From Candidatus Binatia bacterium (GTDB lineage Bacteria > Desulfobacterota > Binatia > HRBIN30 > BPIQ01): 64,000 nucleotides of DNA. Below, piece by piece: positions 39,513-49,489 of the stretch (position 1 is its first letter; each line of letters opens with the position of its first letter). The translations under genes and the position numbers were made by a program. The notes under the pieces are model-generated. The model saw only the letters and a program-made list of their open reading frames with translations, made no database searches and was not told the origin of the DNA. The DNA lies in NCBI GenBank assembly GCA_026004195.1, contig BPIQ01000001.1:653871-717870 (forward strand). Direction: 5' to 3'.

Positions 39513-40679
39513 GTGTCCGCGAAGCTCCCGTTCGCCGTGCTCTCCCGCGCGGAGGGGGTCTCGCACGGAAACGAATCGGCGGAAGAGACCGGCGGCTACA
39601 CGTTCCGGGAACAGGCCTTTTTCGTCTACGGGACGGGGCTCGCCATCGGACTCCACCTGGCCCTCGTCCATGTCTTCATCTTCCGAACGTGGGCCGTCCT
39701 CCCGATCACGATCGCGGCCACGTTTCTCTTCTCGAGCGCCACGCTCGGCCTCTGGCGGTGGGTTTTCCCCCGTCTCGCTCACCTCCCGTCGCGCCCGCGC
39801 CTTCTCGCGCAGGCGGGCATTTCCGTGGGCGTTTTCGCGGTGACTTCCGTCCTCGTGACCGAGGGGAACGCGGCGCTCACCGCCGCCCGCTCCCTCTTCC
39901 AGCCCTACACGGGAGGGGACCGCGTGGTGACCATCCCGTCGTACATGATCCGCTGGGCCCCGCTCGTCTACACGCTCATCCCGATCGCGCCGACGGCCAT
40001 CATGTGCGTCATCGGCTTCAACCATCACTGGTGGCGCATTTTCCGTCTCGAGGGGCGGCAGAGAGAACTCCAGGCCTGGGCCACCTCGGCCCAGCTCGCG
40101 GCCCTGCGCGCGCAGATGAACCCGCACTTTTTCTTCAACTCGCTCAACTCGATCGCACAGTTGATCTCCTCGGACCCCCGCCAGGCGGAGCGGTGCGTGG
40201 AGCAGCTCGCCGAGGTCTACCGCTACCTCCTTCGCCGCTCGGACAAGGACTTCGTGCCCCTGACGGACGAACTCAAGGTCACGCAGGCTTACCTCGAAAT
40301 CGAGCGGGCCCGGTTCGGCGACGAACTCCGGGTCCAGTGGCACGTCGATCCGGGTGCCGGCGAGACGAGCGTCCCCGCCTTCGTGCTGCAGCCGCTCGTC
40401 GAAAACGCCGTGCGGCACGGGGTGTCGGGAAAACTCGGCGGTGGGGTCGTGCGCGTCGAAGCCCTGCTCCGCAACGGCGACCTCGAGCTCCGAGTGTCGG
40501 ACACCGGCGCAGGGATCGCCGACTCGTCGTCCGTTTTCGAAAGCGGCGTGGCCCTGCGGAACATCCGCGAGCGGCTCGTGAACCTCTACGGCCCGGCGTA
40601 CGCCCCCGAAGTCCGGAGTCGGCCCGGAGAGGGCACCTCCGTGCGCATCCGAATCCCCGTGACGGAGACGCGGTCGTGA
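39513..40679 (+). CDS. LytS/YehU-family sensor histidine kinase
   Basis: 4 TM helices; LRAQMNPHFFFNSLN, YLEIERARFG, LQPLVENAVRHG, DTGAG; start uncertain. Confidence 0.92.
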   Translation: MSAKLPFAVLSRAEGVSHGNESAEETGGYTFREQAFFVYGTGLAIGLHLALVHVFIFRTWAVLPITIAATFLFSSATLGLWRWVFPRLAHLPSRPRLLAQAGISVGVFAVTSVLVTEGNAALTAARSLFQPYTGGDRVVTIPSYMIRWAPLVYTLIPIAPTAIMCVIGFNHHWWRIFRLEGRQRELQAWATSAQLAALRAQMNPHFFFNSLNSIAQLISSDPRQAERCVEQLAEVYRYLLRRSDKDFVPLTDELKVTQAYLEIERARFGDELRVQWHVDPGAGETSVPAFVLQPLVENAVRHGVSGKLGGGVVRVEALLRNGDLELRVSDTGAGIADSSSVFESGVALRNIRERLVNLYGPAYAPEVRSRPGEGTSVRIRIPVTETRS

Positions 40680-41425
40680 TCCGCGCTGTCGTGGTCGACG
40701 ACGAAAAGCTCGCCCGGGACCGTCTCGTCGGCTTTCTCCGGGAAGCCGGCGACGTGGCCATCGAAGGCGAGGCGAGAAACGGGCCCGAAGCGCTACGGTT
40801 GATCGAGGAGAAGGACCCGGACCTCGTGCTTCTCGACGTGCAGATGCCGGGCATGAACGGGTTCGAAGTCCTGCGCCGGCTCCAGAAGCGTCCGCACGTC
40901 GTCTTCGCCACGGCGTACGACGAGTACGCGCTCCGGGCCTTCGAGGTGGAAGCGGTCGACTACCTCCTCAAGCCGGTCTCGCGAGACCGGCTTCTCGAGG
41001 CACTCCGGCGCGTACGGGCGAGGCTCGAATCCCATGCGCCGCCGCCCGACTTCGCCGCGCTCGTGCGGAGGTTCGAAGCCTCTCGCCCCCGCTACCTCGA
41101 ACGCATCCCCGTACATCGCGGCAGGCAGATCCTGCTCCTGCCGGTCGAGACCGTTTTCTGGTTCGCCGTCGAGTTCCGGCTCGTCTACGCGCACACGGCG
41201 ACGGACCGCTACATGACGAACTTCACGCTACGGGAACTCGAAGAGAAGCTCGACCCGGACGTTTTCTTCCGGGCACACAAATCCAGGCTCGTGAACCTCG
41301 AGCAGGTGCGCGCCATTCGACGATCGCTGGGCCGCTACCGACTCGTCATGAAGGACGAGAAAGCCACGGAGCTCGAGCTCAGCCGGACCCAGGCCCGGGT
41401 GCTCCGCGCCCGGCTCGGCTGGTAG
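40676..41425 (+). CDS. LytTR-family response regulator
   Basis: VVDDE, LDVQMPG, ATAYD, DYLLKP, FFRAHKSRLVN; GTGA overlap. Confidence 0.95.
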   Translation: MIRAVVVDDEKLARDRLVGFLREAGDVAIEGEARNGPEALRLIEEKDPDLVLLDVQMPGMNGFEVLRRLQKRPHVVFATAYDEYALRAFEVEAVDYLLKPVSRDRLLEALRRVRARLESHAPPPDFAALVRRFEASRPRYLERIPVHRGRQILLLPVETVFWFAVEFRLVYAHTATDRYMTNFTLRELEEKLDPDVFFRAHKSRLVNLEQVRAIRRSLGRYRLVMKDEKATELELSRTQARVLRARLGW

Positions 41426-41428
41426 CCG

Positions 41429-42307
41429 TCAATTTCCCGCGCGCGGCACCCGCGCCGGACGAAAAAGGACCTTGTTGTCCTTCACGACGAGCTGCCCGTT
41501 GAGATAGAGCTGCACCGCTTGCGACAGCACCTTGCCCTCGAGGGCCTTGCCCCGGCTTTTCACGTCTTCGAGGGTGTCCTCGCCGACGCGGATGGGGAAG
41601 ACGTCCTGCAGGATGATGGGCCCCTGGTCGAGCTGCTCGGTCACGAAGTGGGCCGTGCACCCCGAAACGCGCACGCCTTCCTCGAAAGCCTGCCGGTAGG
41701 CGTTCGCTCCCGGATGGTAGGGAAGCAAGGAGGGATGGATGTTGATGATCCGGTTCGGGTATCTGCCGACGAACTCGGGGCTCAGAATCTGCATGTAACG
41801 GGCCAGAACGACGAGGTCGACCCGGTACTCGGAGAGTTTCTCGAGGAGAAAGGCCTCGTGGGCACGTTTGTCCGTCGAGGGGTGCCAGAAGAAGGGAATT
41901 CCCGCCTTCTCGGCCACGGGGCGCAAGACCTCGTGGTTGGACAGCACGACCACGAGCTCGCCGTTGATCCGACCCGCGTCCCGATCGGCGACGAGGGCCT
42001 CGAGACAGTGCGGCTCTTTCGTCACGAGGATGCCCACCCTCTGCCGCTGTTGTTCGCCGTAGAGATGCGTCGTCACCTCCATGTGGATCTCGTCTCCGAT
42101 CTTCCGGAGTCCGAGCACGAGCTCGTCGAGGCTCACGGAAAGTTCGGTCACGTCGACCACCATCGTCATCACGAAAAGACCCTCGACGACCTTCTGTTCG
42201 ACTTCCTCGATGTTGCAGTTGCACCGCGCGAGAAACGTGGAAATTCGGGCGACGACGCCCTTTTGATCCCGCCCGACGACCGACACCACGGCCCGGTTTT
42301 TTTTCAT
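41429..42307 (-). CDS. purU: formyltetrahydrofolate deformylase
   Basis: N-terminal ACT (GRDQKGVVA), KEPHCL, VLARYMQILS, INIHPSLLP, GCTAHFVTEQLDQGPII. Confidence 0.93.
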   Translation of the reverse strand: MKKNRAVVSVVGRDQKGVVARISTFLARCNCNIEEVEQKVVEGLFVMTMVVDVTELSVSLDELVLGLRKIGDEIHMEVTTHLYGEQQRQRVGILVTKEPHCLEALVADRDAGRINGELVVVLSNHEVLRPVAEKAGIPFFWHPSTDKRAHEAFLLEKLSEYRVDLVVLARYMQILSPEFVGRYPNRIINIHPSLLPYHPGANAYRQAFEEGVRVSGCTAHFVTEQLDQGPIILQDVFPIRVGEDTLEDVKSRGKALEGKVLSQAVQLYLNGQLVVKDNKVLFRPARVPRAGN

Positions 42308-42386
42308 CGAAAATGCGGATAACTTGACGCCGCGGGCGTTGCAACGCCCCACGTGCCTCGAGAAGGCGGAACGGAGGAAGGACGAC

Positions 42387-42920
42387 GTGAGCTGGAACGT
42401 CCTCGTCACGAGCCAGGAGGGAGCGGGAGCCGACCTCCTGCGGGAGCTCCGGGCTCTCGGACATTTTCGCTGGAGTCCCTACCGGAACGTTCTCTTCGGC
42501 ACGGTGGAGGACCCGGAAGCCTTCTTGCAGCGGCTCGAGGAACTCCGGGAACGAAAGCCTTTCGTCGGGTCCTGGCTCGGCAAAGCCATCCCGGTCGAGG
42601 AAGTGTTCCCGATCGAACCCGCCACCCTTCTCGACGAGTTGCGGCGACGGCTCGAGCCGCGGCTTCCCCGACTGGCCGGCCGTTCCTTCCACGTACGGGT
42701 CGACCGCCGGGGACACAAGGGCTCGATCCACACCCATCGGCTCGAGCAAGAGCTCGGGGCTTACGTCGTCGAGGAGCTCGCGAGGCGAGGGACACCCGCG
42801 AGCGTTCGCTTCCGCGACCCGGACTGGGTCGTCCTGGTCGAAATCGTCGGAGACGAGGCGGGACTCGCCCTCGTTTCCCGCGAAACGCGGGAACGCCACC
42901 CCGTGGTCCGGGTGGACTGA
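42387..42920 (+). CDS. stand-alone THUMP-domain protein
   Basis: SFHVRVDRRG, LEQELG, FRDPDWVVLVEIVG; SD GGAGG/AAGGA. Confidence 0.75.
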   Translation: MSWNVLVTSQEGAGADLLRELRALGHFRWSPYRNVLFGTVEDPEAFLQRLEELRERKPFVGSWLGKAIPVEEVFPIEPATLLDELRRRLEPRLPRLAGRSFHVRVDRRGHKGSIHTHRLEQELGAYVVEELARRGTPASVRFRDPDWVVLVEIVGDEAGLALVSRETRERHPVVRVD

Positions 42921-42932
42921 ACGGGCGACCCC

Positions 42933-44747
42933 CTAGGACGAAGGCGGTTCGCCTACGGGAACCTTCAGGCGCTGGCCCGAATAGATCCTGCTATCCCGTA
43001 GCCCGTTGGCCTCTTGCAAGGCACGAACCGTCGTTCCGTAGCGCCTGGCAATGACGAACAGCGTCTGTCCCGGCTCCACGCGGTGGAGAACGTAACGGGC
43101 GCGGCGTCGGGCTCGCGCCGAAGACTTCGCGGGAATTCGCAGGATTTCCCCGGCCAGGATTCGGCTTCCCCGGATCCCGTTCGCCCGCCGGAGTGCGTCC
43201 ACGGACGTGCCGTGACGGCGAGCGATTTCGTGGAGCGTGTCCCCCGGCCGAACGCGGTAGACGGAGTGCCCGCCCCGCGCCGAACCGCGGGACCGGGCGA
43301 CCGAAGAGGACCCGCGTGCCCCGACGGGAAGCGGGCGATTTCCGGAAGGAATCCGCAGCGCTTGTCCGACGAGAATCGTACTGCCTCGAAGGCCGTTGGC
43401 GCGACGTACGGCCTCCACGGACGTGCCGTAACGCCGGGCGATCCCCAGGAGAGTGTCGCCGCGCCGAACGCGATGGACGAAATAGAGCCTTTTCTGGGCC
43501 GCGAACCGTTCGTTCGCGGGGAGCCGAGCGTATCGAATTCGGAACGAGTCCCGGTCGAGCCCCGGCGGGAGCCGCAGCAGGTAGCCGCGCGGCACGTGGA
43601 GCTTCCCTCGACGCACCTCGGACGTGAGCGCGGGATTCCACTCCGCGAGTTCGTCGGGGTGGACCCCCAGGACCCGGGCGAGGCTCCGGAAGGGAACGTA
43701 GTCCGGTACGACCACCTCCTCGGTCTCCAGAGGGGCGAGCGGAGAAAGAGGTCCGAAGTACCTCTCGGGCTCGGCGTCCACCTCGATGGCGGCCAGCACC
43801 TCCGCGTAGAAGTTCCGCGAGGCGAAACCGAACGTGGGGGAGCGGTATTCCCGAAGGATTCGCTCGATGTCGCGCGTCCCGAGTCGCTCCACGGCCCGTG
43901 CCATGCCCTGGGGGCCGTGGTTGTAGGCCGTGACGGCGAGCGGCCAGGTACCCAGGAGCTCGTAGTTCCTACGCAAAAAACGCGCCGCGGCGTCGGCGGC
44001 ACGCAACGGGTCGAACCGCTCGTCCACGGCTTCGTCGATACGCAGGAAAAGCCGGCCGGTGGAACGGAGGAACTGCCAGACGCCGGCCGCTCCCGCGCTC
44101 GACCGCGCGCGGAGGTCGAAACTCGACTCGACGAGCGCCAGCCGGGAAAGCTCGGGCGGCACGCCGTGCCTCCGGAACGCCTCCTCGATGGCCGGGAAAT
44201 AACGGCGCGAAACTTCGAGCCCCCGGGCGAAACGCTCGCCGATTCCCCGCTGCGACCGAACACGAGCCGCAGCCTCCCGAATTTCCGCACGGCTCGCACC
44301 CTCGAAAACGTCCCGCAGCCGCTCCTCTTCCGGAGTGAGGTGCTGCGACGTGCCGTGTTTGTGGGCCAGACGCCGGAGCACTCCCGCCAATCGTTCCCGC
44401 TCGCGCTCCACGCCCGACCGAATTTCCCGCTCGATCGCCCCTTCGTCGAGCCCCGCGCGCCGCAGGTGGCCGAAATCGAGTACCGCGTAGACGCGGTCGG
44501 GATCCTCGGGGTCGTGGAGTAGCACCCGGTCCCGCGAAGTCGTGAAGACCTTCTTCCAGAACTCCACCTGTCGGGCCACCGTGGGCGGCACCGGGAGTTC
44601 CTCGGCCCGGACGGCTCTCGCACCGGCGTGGTAGAGCGAGATCGCCCCCCAGAGGGAAAACAGCAGCACCGCGGGCTTTCCGGCGATGCCCGAGACCCGG
44701 TCGCGCATTTCGACAGCCACCTCCGCCACCACGATTCCGAAAAACAC
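42933..44747 (-). CDS. MltD-like lytic transglycosylase with 3 LysM domains
   Basis: LVESSF, AAGVWQF, TAYNHG; HRVRRGDTL, YRVRPGDTL, HRVEPGQTL; start may be 44708. Confidence 0.92.
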   Translation of the reverse strand: MFFGIVVAEVAVEMRDRVSGIAGKPAVLLFSLWGAISLYHAGARAVRAEELPVPPTVARQVEFWKKVFTTSRDRVLLHDPEDPDRVYAVLDFGHLRRAGLDEGAIEREIRSGVERERERLAGVLRRLAHKHGTSQHLTPEEERLRDVFEGASRAEIREAAARVRSQRGIGERFARGLEVSRRYFPAIEEAFRRHGVPPELSRLALVESSFDLRARSSAGAAGVWQFLRSTGRLFLRIDEAVDERFDPLRAADAAARFLRRNYELLGTWPLAVTAYNHGPQGMARAVERLGTRDIERILREYRSPTFGFASRNFYAEVLAAIEVDAEPERYFGPLSPLAPLETEEVVVPDYVPFRSLARVLGVHPDELAEWNPALTSEVRRGKLHVPRGYLLRLPPGLDRDSFRIRYARLPANERFAAQKRLYFVHRVRRGDTLLGIARRYGTSVEAVRRANGLRGSTILVGQALRIPSGNRPLPVGARGSSSVARSRGSARGGHSVYRVRPGDTLHEIARRHGTSVDALRRANGIRGSRILAGEILRIPAKSSARARRRARYVLHRVEPGQTLFVIARRYGTTVRALQEANGLRDSRIYSGQRLKVPVGEPPSS

Positions 44748-44752
44748 AAAAA

Positions 44753-44781
44753 ATCCTACTCGGCCGCGGCCGGGCGGTCAA
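44753..44781 (-). promoter_or_regulatory. sigma70-type promoter TTGACC-N17-TAGGAT
   Basis: -35 at 44781-44776, -10 at 44758-44753. Confidence 0.55.
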
Positions 44782-44833
44782 CGGAAGAGATCCGAGGTGG
44801 ACTTGCCCCGGGCTCCTTGCTAAGCGAGTTCGC

Positions 44834-45646
44834 ATGGCGGGTCGCTTCGAGGGCCGCGTGGCCGTGGTCACCGGAGCCGCTTCCGGAATCGGGGCCGCGA
44901 CGGCGAAACGCTTCGCGGAGGAAGGCGCACGCTTGTGTCTCGCCGACATCGCGCGGGAAAAAGGAGAAGCCTTGGCCCGTGCCCTGGAACGAACGGGCGC
45001 CGAGGTGCTCTTCGTCCCGACCGACGTCCGGGACCGGGAGGCCGTCGAGTCGCTCATGCAAGCGGCCGTCGATCGCTTCGGGCGACTCGACGTCGTTTTC
45101 AACAATGCCGGCATCGGTGCCTACGGAAAGACACCCGACCTCGACCCCGAGCTCTGGCACGAGGTGCTCGCCGTCGACCTCCACTCGGTCTTCTACGGAT
45201 GCCGCGCCGCGATCCCTCACATGCGAAAGCAGGGAAAGGGCTCGATCGTCAACACAGCGTCGATTTCGGGTCTTTTCGGCGACTACGGGCTCTGCGCTTA
45301 CAACGCCGCGAAAGCGGCCGTCGTGAACTACACGCGAACGGTAGCGATCGACCACGCAAGGGAAAACATCCGCGTGAACTGCGTGTGCCCGGGGCCCATC
45401 GAAACCGCACTGCTCGAACCTCTCCTCTCCTTGCCGCGGGCCCGCGAGGAATACGAGGACCGGGTTCCCCTGGGGCGCCTCGGGCGAGCCGAAGAGGTGG
45501 CCGCGGCCGTCGCCTTCCTCGCCTCCGACGACGCTTCCTACATCACGGGTGCGGCGTTGGTCGTCGACGGCGGTATCACGGCGGCCACGGGGCAGCCCAG
45601 CATCACCCGGCTGCTCGGCCTCGACCGAGAGACGGGCGGCGCATGA
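44834..45646 (+). CDS. short-chain dehydrogenase/reductase
   Basis: TGAASGIG, NNAG, YNAAK, VDGG. Confidence 0.93.
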   Translation: MAGRFEGRVAVVTGAASGIGAATAKRFAEEGARLCLADIAREKGEALARALERTGAEVLFVPTDVRDREAVESLMQAAVDRFGRLDVVFNNAGIGAYGKTPDLDPELWHEVLAVDLHSVFYGCRAAIPHMRKQGKGSIVNTASISGLFGDYGLCAYNAAKAAVVNYTRTVAIDHARENIRVNCVCPGPIETALLEPLLSLPRAREEYEDRVPLGRLGRAEEVAAAVAFLASDDASYITGAALVVDGGITAATGQPSITRLLGLDRETGGA

Positions 45647-46749
45647 ACTTCGATTTTTCCGAGGACCAGAAGCTTCTGCAGAAGACGGCCCGGGAGTACC
45701 TCGAGAAACACTGTCCGGTCGCGACCGCTCGTGCCGTCCTCGAGGGAGGCGAACCTTTCGCCCGCCGCCTCTGGGCGGAAATCGGCGAGCTCGGCTGGCT
45801 CGCGACGGCGGTGCCCACGTCTTTCGGTGGCGCGGGTTTCGGGGCCCTCGAGCTCTGCCTTCTCGCTTACGAACTCGGCCGGGCTCTGGCCCCGGTTCCC
45901 TTTTCTTCCACGGCCTATCTGGCCATCGAGGCTCTTCTGGTAGCCGGGTCGGAAGAGCAGAAGGCGCGTTTTCTCCCGGAACTCGCTACCGGCACGAAGA
46001 TCGGCACCCTGGCTTTCGTGGAAACTCCGGGCCGAACTCCGTTCCGAAACCTCGAGACGCGAGTCGAACACGGGAGGCTCCACGGCAAAAAGCTCGTCGT
46101 ACCCGATGCCGTGGCCGCCGACCTGGCGGTCGTCGTGGCGCGAGAGGGGGACCGAACCGTTCTGGCCGTGGCGGAATTGGCCTCCGACCGGGTGCGCCGC
46201 GTGCCCCTGGCCTCGATCGATCCGTCGCGTCCCGTGGGTTCGCTCGAATTCCGGGGGGCCAGCTGCGAGGTCCTGGCCGAATCCGGGGAGGACGTCGTCG
46301 CCCACGTCTTCGACCGTGCGGCGGCGCTCTTCGCGTTCGAGCAACTGGGCGGGGCCGAGCGAGCCTTCGCGTCGACACGCGAATACTGCCTCGAGCGTTA
46401 CGCCTTCGGACGGCCCGTCGCCTCCTTCCAGGCCATCAAGCACCGGTTCGCGGACCTGTTCGTGGGGCTCGAGCTCGCCCGCTCGAACGCTTACTACGCG
46501 GCCTGGGCGCTCGCCGAAGCTCCCGAAGAGCTGCGGTTCGCCGCGCCCAACGCGCGGATCGCGGCCAGCGAGGTGTTCGAGCTCGCCTCCACCGAAATGA
46601 TCCAGCTCCACGGCGGCGTAGGGTTCACCTGGGAGTACGACTGCCACCTCTTCTACCGCCGCGCCAAGGCGCTCGGGCTCGTTCTGGGGAGCCCGAGGTT
46701 CTGGAAGGACTTGCTCGTTCGCCGACTCGCCGGCCCGGCGGATTCGTGA
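45643..46749 (+). CDS. acyl-CoA dehydrogenase (likely partner subunit of a heteromeric pair)
   Basis: FGRPVASFQAIKH, IQLHGGVGFTWEYDCHLFYRRA; ATGA overlap. Confidence 0.92.
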   Translation: MNFDFSEDQKLLQKTAREYLEKHCPVATARAVLEGGEPFARRLWAEIGELGWLATAVPTSFGGAGFGALELCLLAYELGRALAPVPFSSTAYLAIEALLVAGSEEQKARFLPELATGTKIGTLAFVETPGRTPFRNLETRVEHGRLHGKKLVVPDAVAADLAVVVAREGDRTVLAVAELASDRVRRVPLASIDPSRPVGSLEFRGASCEVLAESGEDVVAHVFDRAAALFAFEQLGGAERAFASTREYCLERYAFGRPVASFQAIKHRFADLFVGLELARSNAYYAAWALAEAPEELRFAAPNARIAASEVFELASTEMIQLHGGVGFTWEYDCHLFYRRAKALGLVLGSPRFWKDLLVRRLAGPADS

Positions 46750-46761
46750 GAGGGAGCGACC

Positions 46762-47998
46762 ATGGACTTTCGTGACACGCCGGAAGAGGCGGCTTTTCGG
46801 GCCGAAGCACGGGCCTGGCTCGAGAAAAACGCCCGAGCGCTGCGGCCGGGGGCACGTCGTGCCGCCACGCAGAGCCGAGCCGACGCCGACACCGTCCGCC
46901 GCGCGAAGGAGTGGCAGGCCAGAAAGGCCGCCGCCGGCTGGGCGTGCCTCACGTGGCCGCGGGAATACGGCGGCCGGAGCCTGCCACCGATCTACTCCGT
47001 GATCTGGAACCAGGAAGAAAGCCGCTTCGACACCCCGCCGAACCTCTTCGCGATCGGACAGGGCATGCTCGGCCCCACGATCATGGCGCACGGGACCGAG
47101 GAGCAGAAAAAGCGCTACCTGCCGCCCATGCTCCGCGGAGAGGAAATCTGGTGCCAGCTCTTCAGCGAACCGGGAGCAGGGTCGGACCTCGCGGCTCTGC
47201 GAACGTCCGCAGTTCGCGACGGGGACCACTGGGTGCTCAACGGGCAAAAAACCTGGACCAGCGGCGCGCACTACTCGAAGTGGGGCATGATCCTCACGAG
47301 AACCGACCCCGACGCACCCAAGCACGAGGGGATCACGTACTTCATCGTCGACATGGAATCGCCGGGGATCGAAATCCGGCCCATCCGGCAGATGAACGGC
47401 GAAGCCAACTTCAACGAGGTGTTCTTCACGGACGTCAGGGTCCCCGACTCCAACCGGGTCGGCGAGGTGAACGGCGGCTGGAAAGCGGCGCTCACGACCC
47501 TCATGAACGAGCGGGCCGCCCTCGGGAGCGGCTTTGCGGGACCCACGTTCGAAGACCTTCTCGAGCTCTGCCGCACGACCCTGGTGGACGGCCGTCCTGC
47601 CTGGGAGGACGCGAGCGTCCGCGTACGGCTGGCCGACTTCTACGTGCGGTGGAAGGGGCTCCAATACACGAACTATCGACTCCTGACGGCGCTCTCGCGC
47701 GGGACGACACCGGGCCCCGAGGCGTCGATCGGAAAGCTGGTAGCAGCCAGACTCCGGCAAGAAATGGCGAGTTTCGCCGCGGATCTGCAGGAAGCCGCGA
47801 GGCGTGCTTCTCGGGGCCGAGTCGCCGGCGGAAGGAATCTGGCAGCAGTCCTTCCTCGGGGCTCCCGGACTCCGGTTGGCCGGGGGCACCGACGAGATTC
47901 TGCGCAACATCATCGCGGAGCGGGTGCTCGGCCTTCCCGCGGAAATTCGCGTGGACAAGGGCATCCCCTTCCGGCAGCTACCGCGAGGGCGCGCCTGA
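46762..47998 (+). pseudogene. acyl-CoA dehydrogenase with +1 frameshift near 47800 (pseudogene or sequencing error)
   Basis: WCQLFSEPGAGSDLA in the first frame; conserved end LAGGTDEILRNIIAERVLGLP in another frame (47804-47998). Confidence 0.8.
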
Positions 47999-48046
47999 AC
48001 GCCGCCGGCGAACGACCTCGGTACCGCGCGGACGCGCGGCAGAAAC

Positions 48047-48075
48047 TTGACAAGGTCCCGGGGGCACGTTAGCGT
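48047..48075 (+). promoter_or_regulatory. sigma70-type promoter TTGACA-N17-TAGCGT upstream of htpX
   Basis: perfect -35 at 48047-48052, -10 at 48070-48075. Confidence 0.65.
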
Positions 48076-48155
48076 CACGAGCCGAAGCGGTGCTCCTTCG
48101 GCGAAGAACGAGGCACCGGGTTGCAGCGACTCGCTCGCCGAGCGGGAGGCGGCAC

Positions 48156-48998
48156 ATGTCGAACACGCTGAAGACGACGTTCCTTCTCGGTCTGCTCACG
48201 GGTGTGATCCTGGCCATCGGCCAGTTTTTCGGTGGCACGAGCGGACTCGTCGTCGCTTTCGTTTTCGCCGCGGTGACGAACCTCGGGAGTTACTGGTTCT
48301 CCGATCGAATCGTGCTCTCGATGTACGGGGCCCGTCCGGTCACACCCGACCAGGCGCCCGAACTCCATGCTACGGTGCGAGAACTTTGCACCCAGGCCCG
48401 GCTTCCGCTACCGCGGCTCTACGTCATCGAATCGCCTTCCCCGAATGCGTTCGCGACCGGAAGAAACCCCCGGCACGCGGCCGTGGCCGTCACGACGGGG
48501 CTTCTTCGAATCCTCGACGAGCGAGAGCTTCGAGGCGTTCTCGCCCACGAGCTCGCGCACGTGCGAAACCGGGACATCCTCACTTGCTCGATCGCGGCCA
48601 CGCTGGCCGGGGCCATCATGATGCTCGCCAACATGGCTCAGTGGGCCGCCTTCTTCGGCGGGATGCACAGGGATCGAGACAACGGGGGCAACGTGATCGC
48701 GCTGGTGCTCACGGCCGTGCTCGCACCGATCGCGGCCCTTCTGATCCAGGCGGCGATTTCTCGAGCCCGCGAGTTCCAGGCCGACGCGACGGGCGCGCGG
48801 ATTTCCGGAGACCCTCTGGCCCTGGCATCGGCCCTCGAACGTCTCGGGCAAGCCAGCCGGCGTCTGCCCCTGGACGCCCATCCCTACACGGCTCATCTCT
48901 TCATCGTGAATCCTCTCGAGGGTAACCGTCTGGCCGGCCTCTTCTCCACGCATCCCCCGCTGGAAGAGCGGATTGCCCGGCTCAGACGCATGGCCTGA
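48156..48998 (+). CDS. htpX: zinc metalloprotease HtpX (M48)
   Basis: [30 protein letters not shown]. Confidence 0.96.
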   Translation: MSNTLKTTFLLGLLTGVILAIGQFFGGTSGLVVAFVFAAVTNLGSYWFSDRIVLSMYGARPVTPDQAPELHATVRELCTQARLPLPRLYVIESPSPNAFATGRNPRHAAVAVTTGLLRILDERELRGVLAHELAHVRNRDILTCSIAATLAGAIMMLANMAQWAAFFGGMHRDRDNGGNVIALVLTAVLAPIAALLIQAAISRAREFQADATGARISGDPLALASALERLGQASRRLPLDAHPYTAHLFIVNPLEGNRLAGLFSTHPPLEERIARLRRMA

Positions 48999-49019
48999 GT
49001 GTTGGGAGAGAACGGGAGC

Positions 49020-49463
49020 GTGGAGGGAGAAAAAACCGAACGGGGCTTCAAAGTCGAAGATCGCCGGCGTTTTACGGCGGACGGCCGGCCTCGGGAAGAG
49101 GTCTCTTCGACGGAAGAGCCCGCTCCCGGGACGAGCGAGGGTACCGAACCTCGCCCGGAACATCGCGGCGAAGAGTCCGGGGGAACTCGGGTCTTCGGGG
49201 AGGGTTCCCGACCGTCGGAAATCACCTTCCAGAACTTCATCGTGAGCTTGAGCACCCAGGCGCTCGTGCTGCTGGGGGAAATGGAGGACCCGGTGCAGGG
49301 AGGGAGCAAACCCGACCTCGAAGGAGCCAAACAACTGATCGACATCCTGGCGATGCTGCAGAAGAAGACCGCCGGGAACCTCGACGAGGGCGAGTCGAGG
49401 CTTCTCGACGACATGCTCTACAACCTGCGCATGCAATTCGTGAAGCGGGTCAGCGGCGGCTGA
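49020..49463 (+). CDS. DUF1844-like protein
   Basis: GFKVEDRRRF; SLSTQALVLLG, AKQLIDILAML, KTAGNL, LRMQFV. Confidence 0.8.
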   Translation: MEGEKTERGFKVEDRRRFTADGRPREEVSSTEEPAPGTSEGTEPRPEHRGEESGGTRVFGEGSRPSEITFQNFIVSLSTQALVLLGEMEDPVQGGSKPDLEGAKQLIDILAMLQKKTAGNLDEGESRLLDDMLYNLRMQFVKRVSGG

Positions 49464-49489
49464 ACGCTTCTCCTACGCTCGGAGGAATC

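Noticed and set aside
47999..48072. C-terminal tail of ORF 46762-48072
   Set aside because: Out-of-frame product of the frameshift; runs into the htpX promoter
48069..48096. CIRCE-like sequence upstream of htpX (TTAGC...GTGCT)
   Set aside because: Too many mismatches and wrong spacing versus TTAGCACTC-N9-GAGTGCTAA
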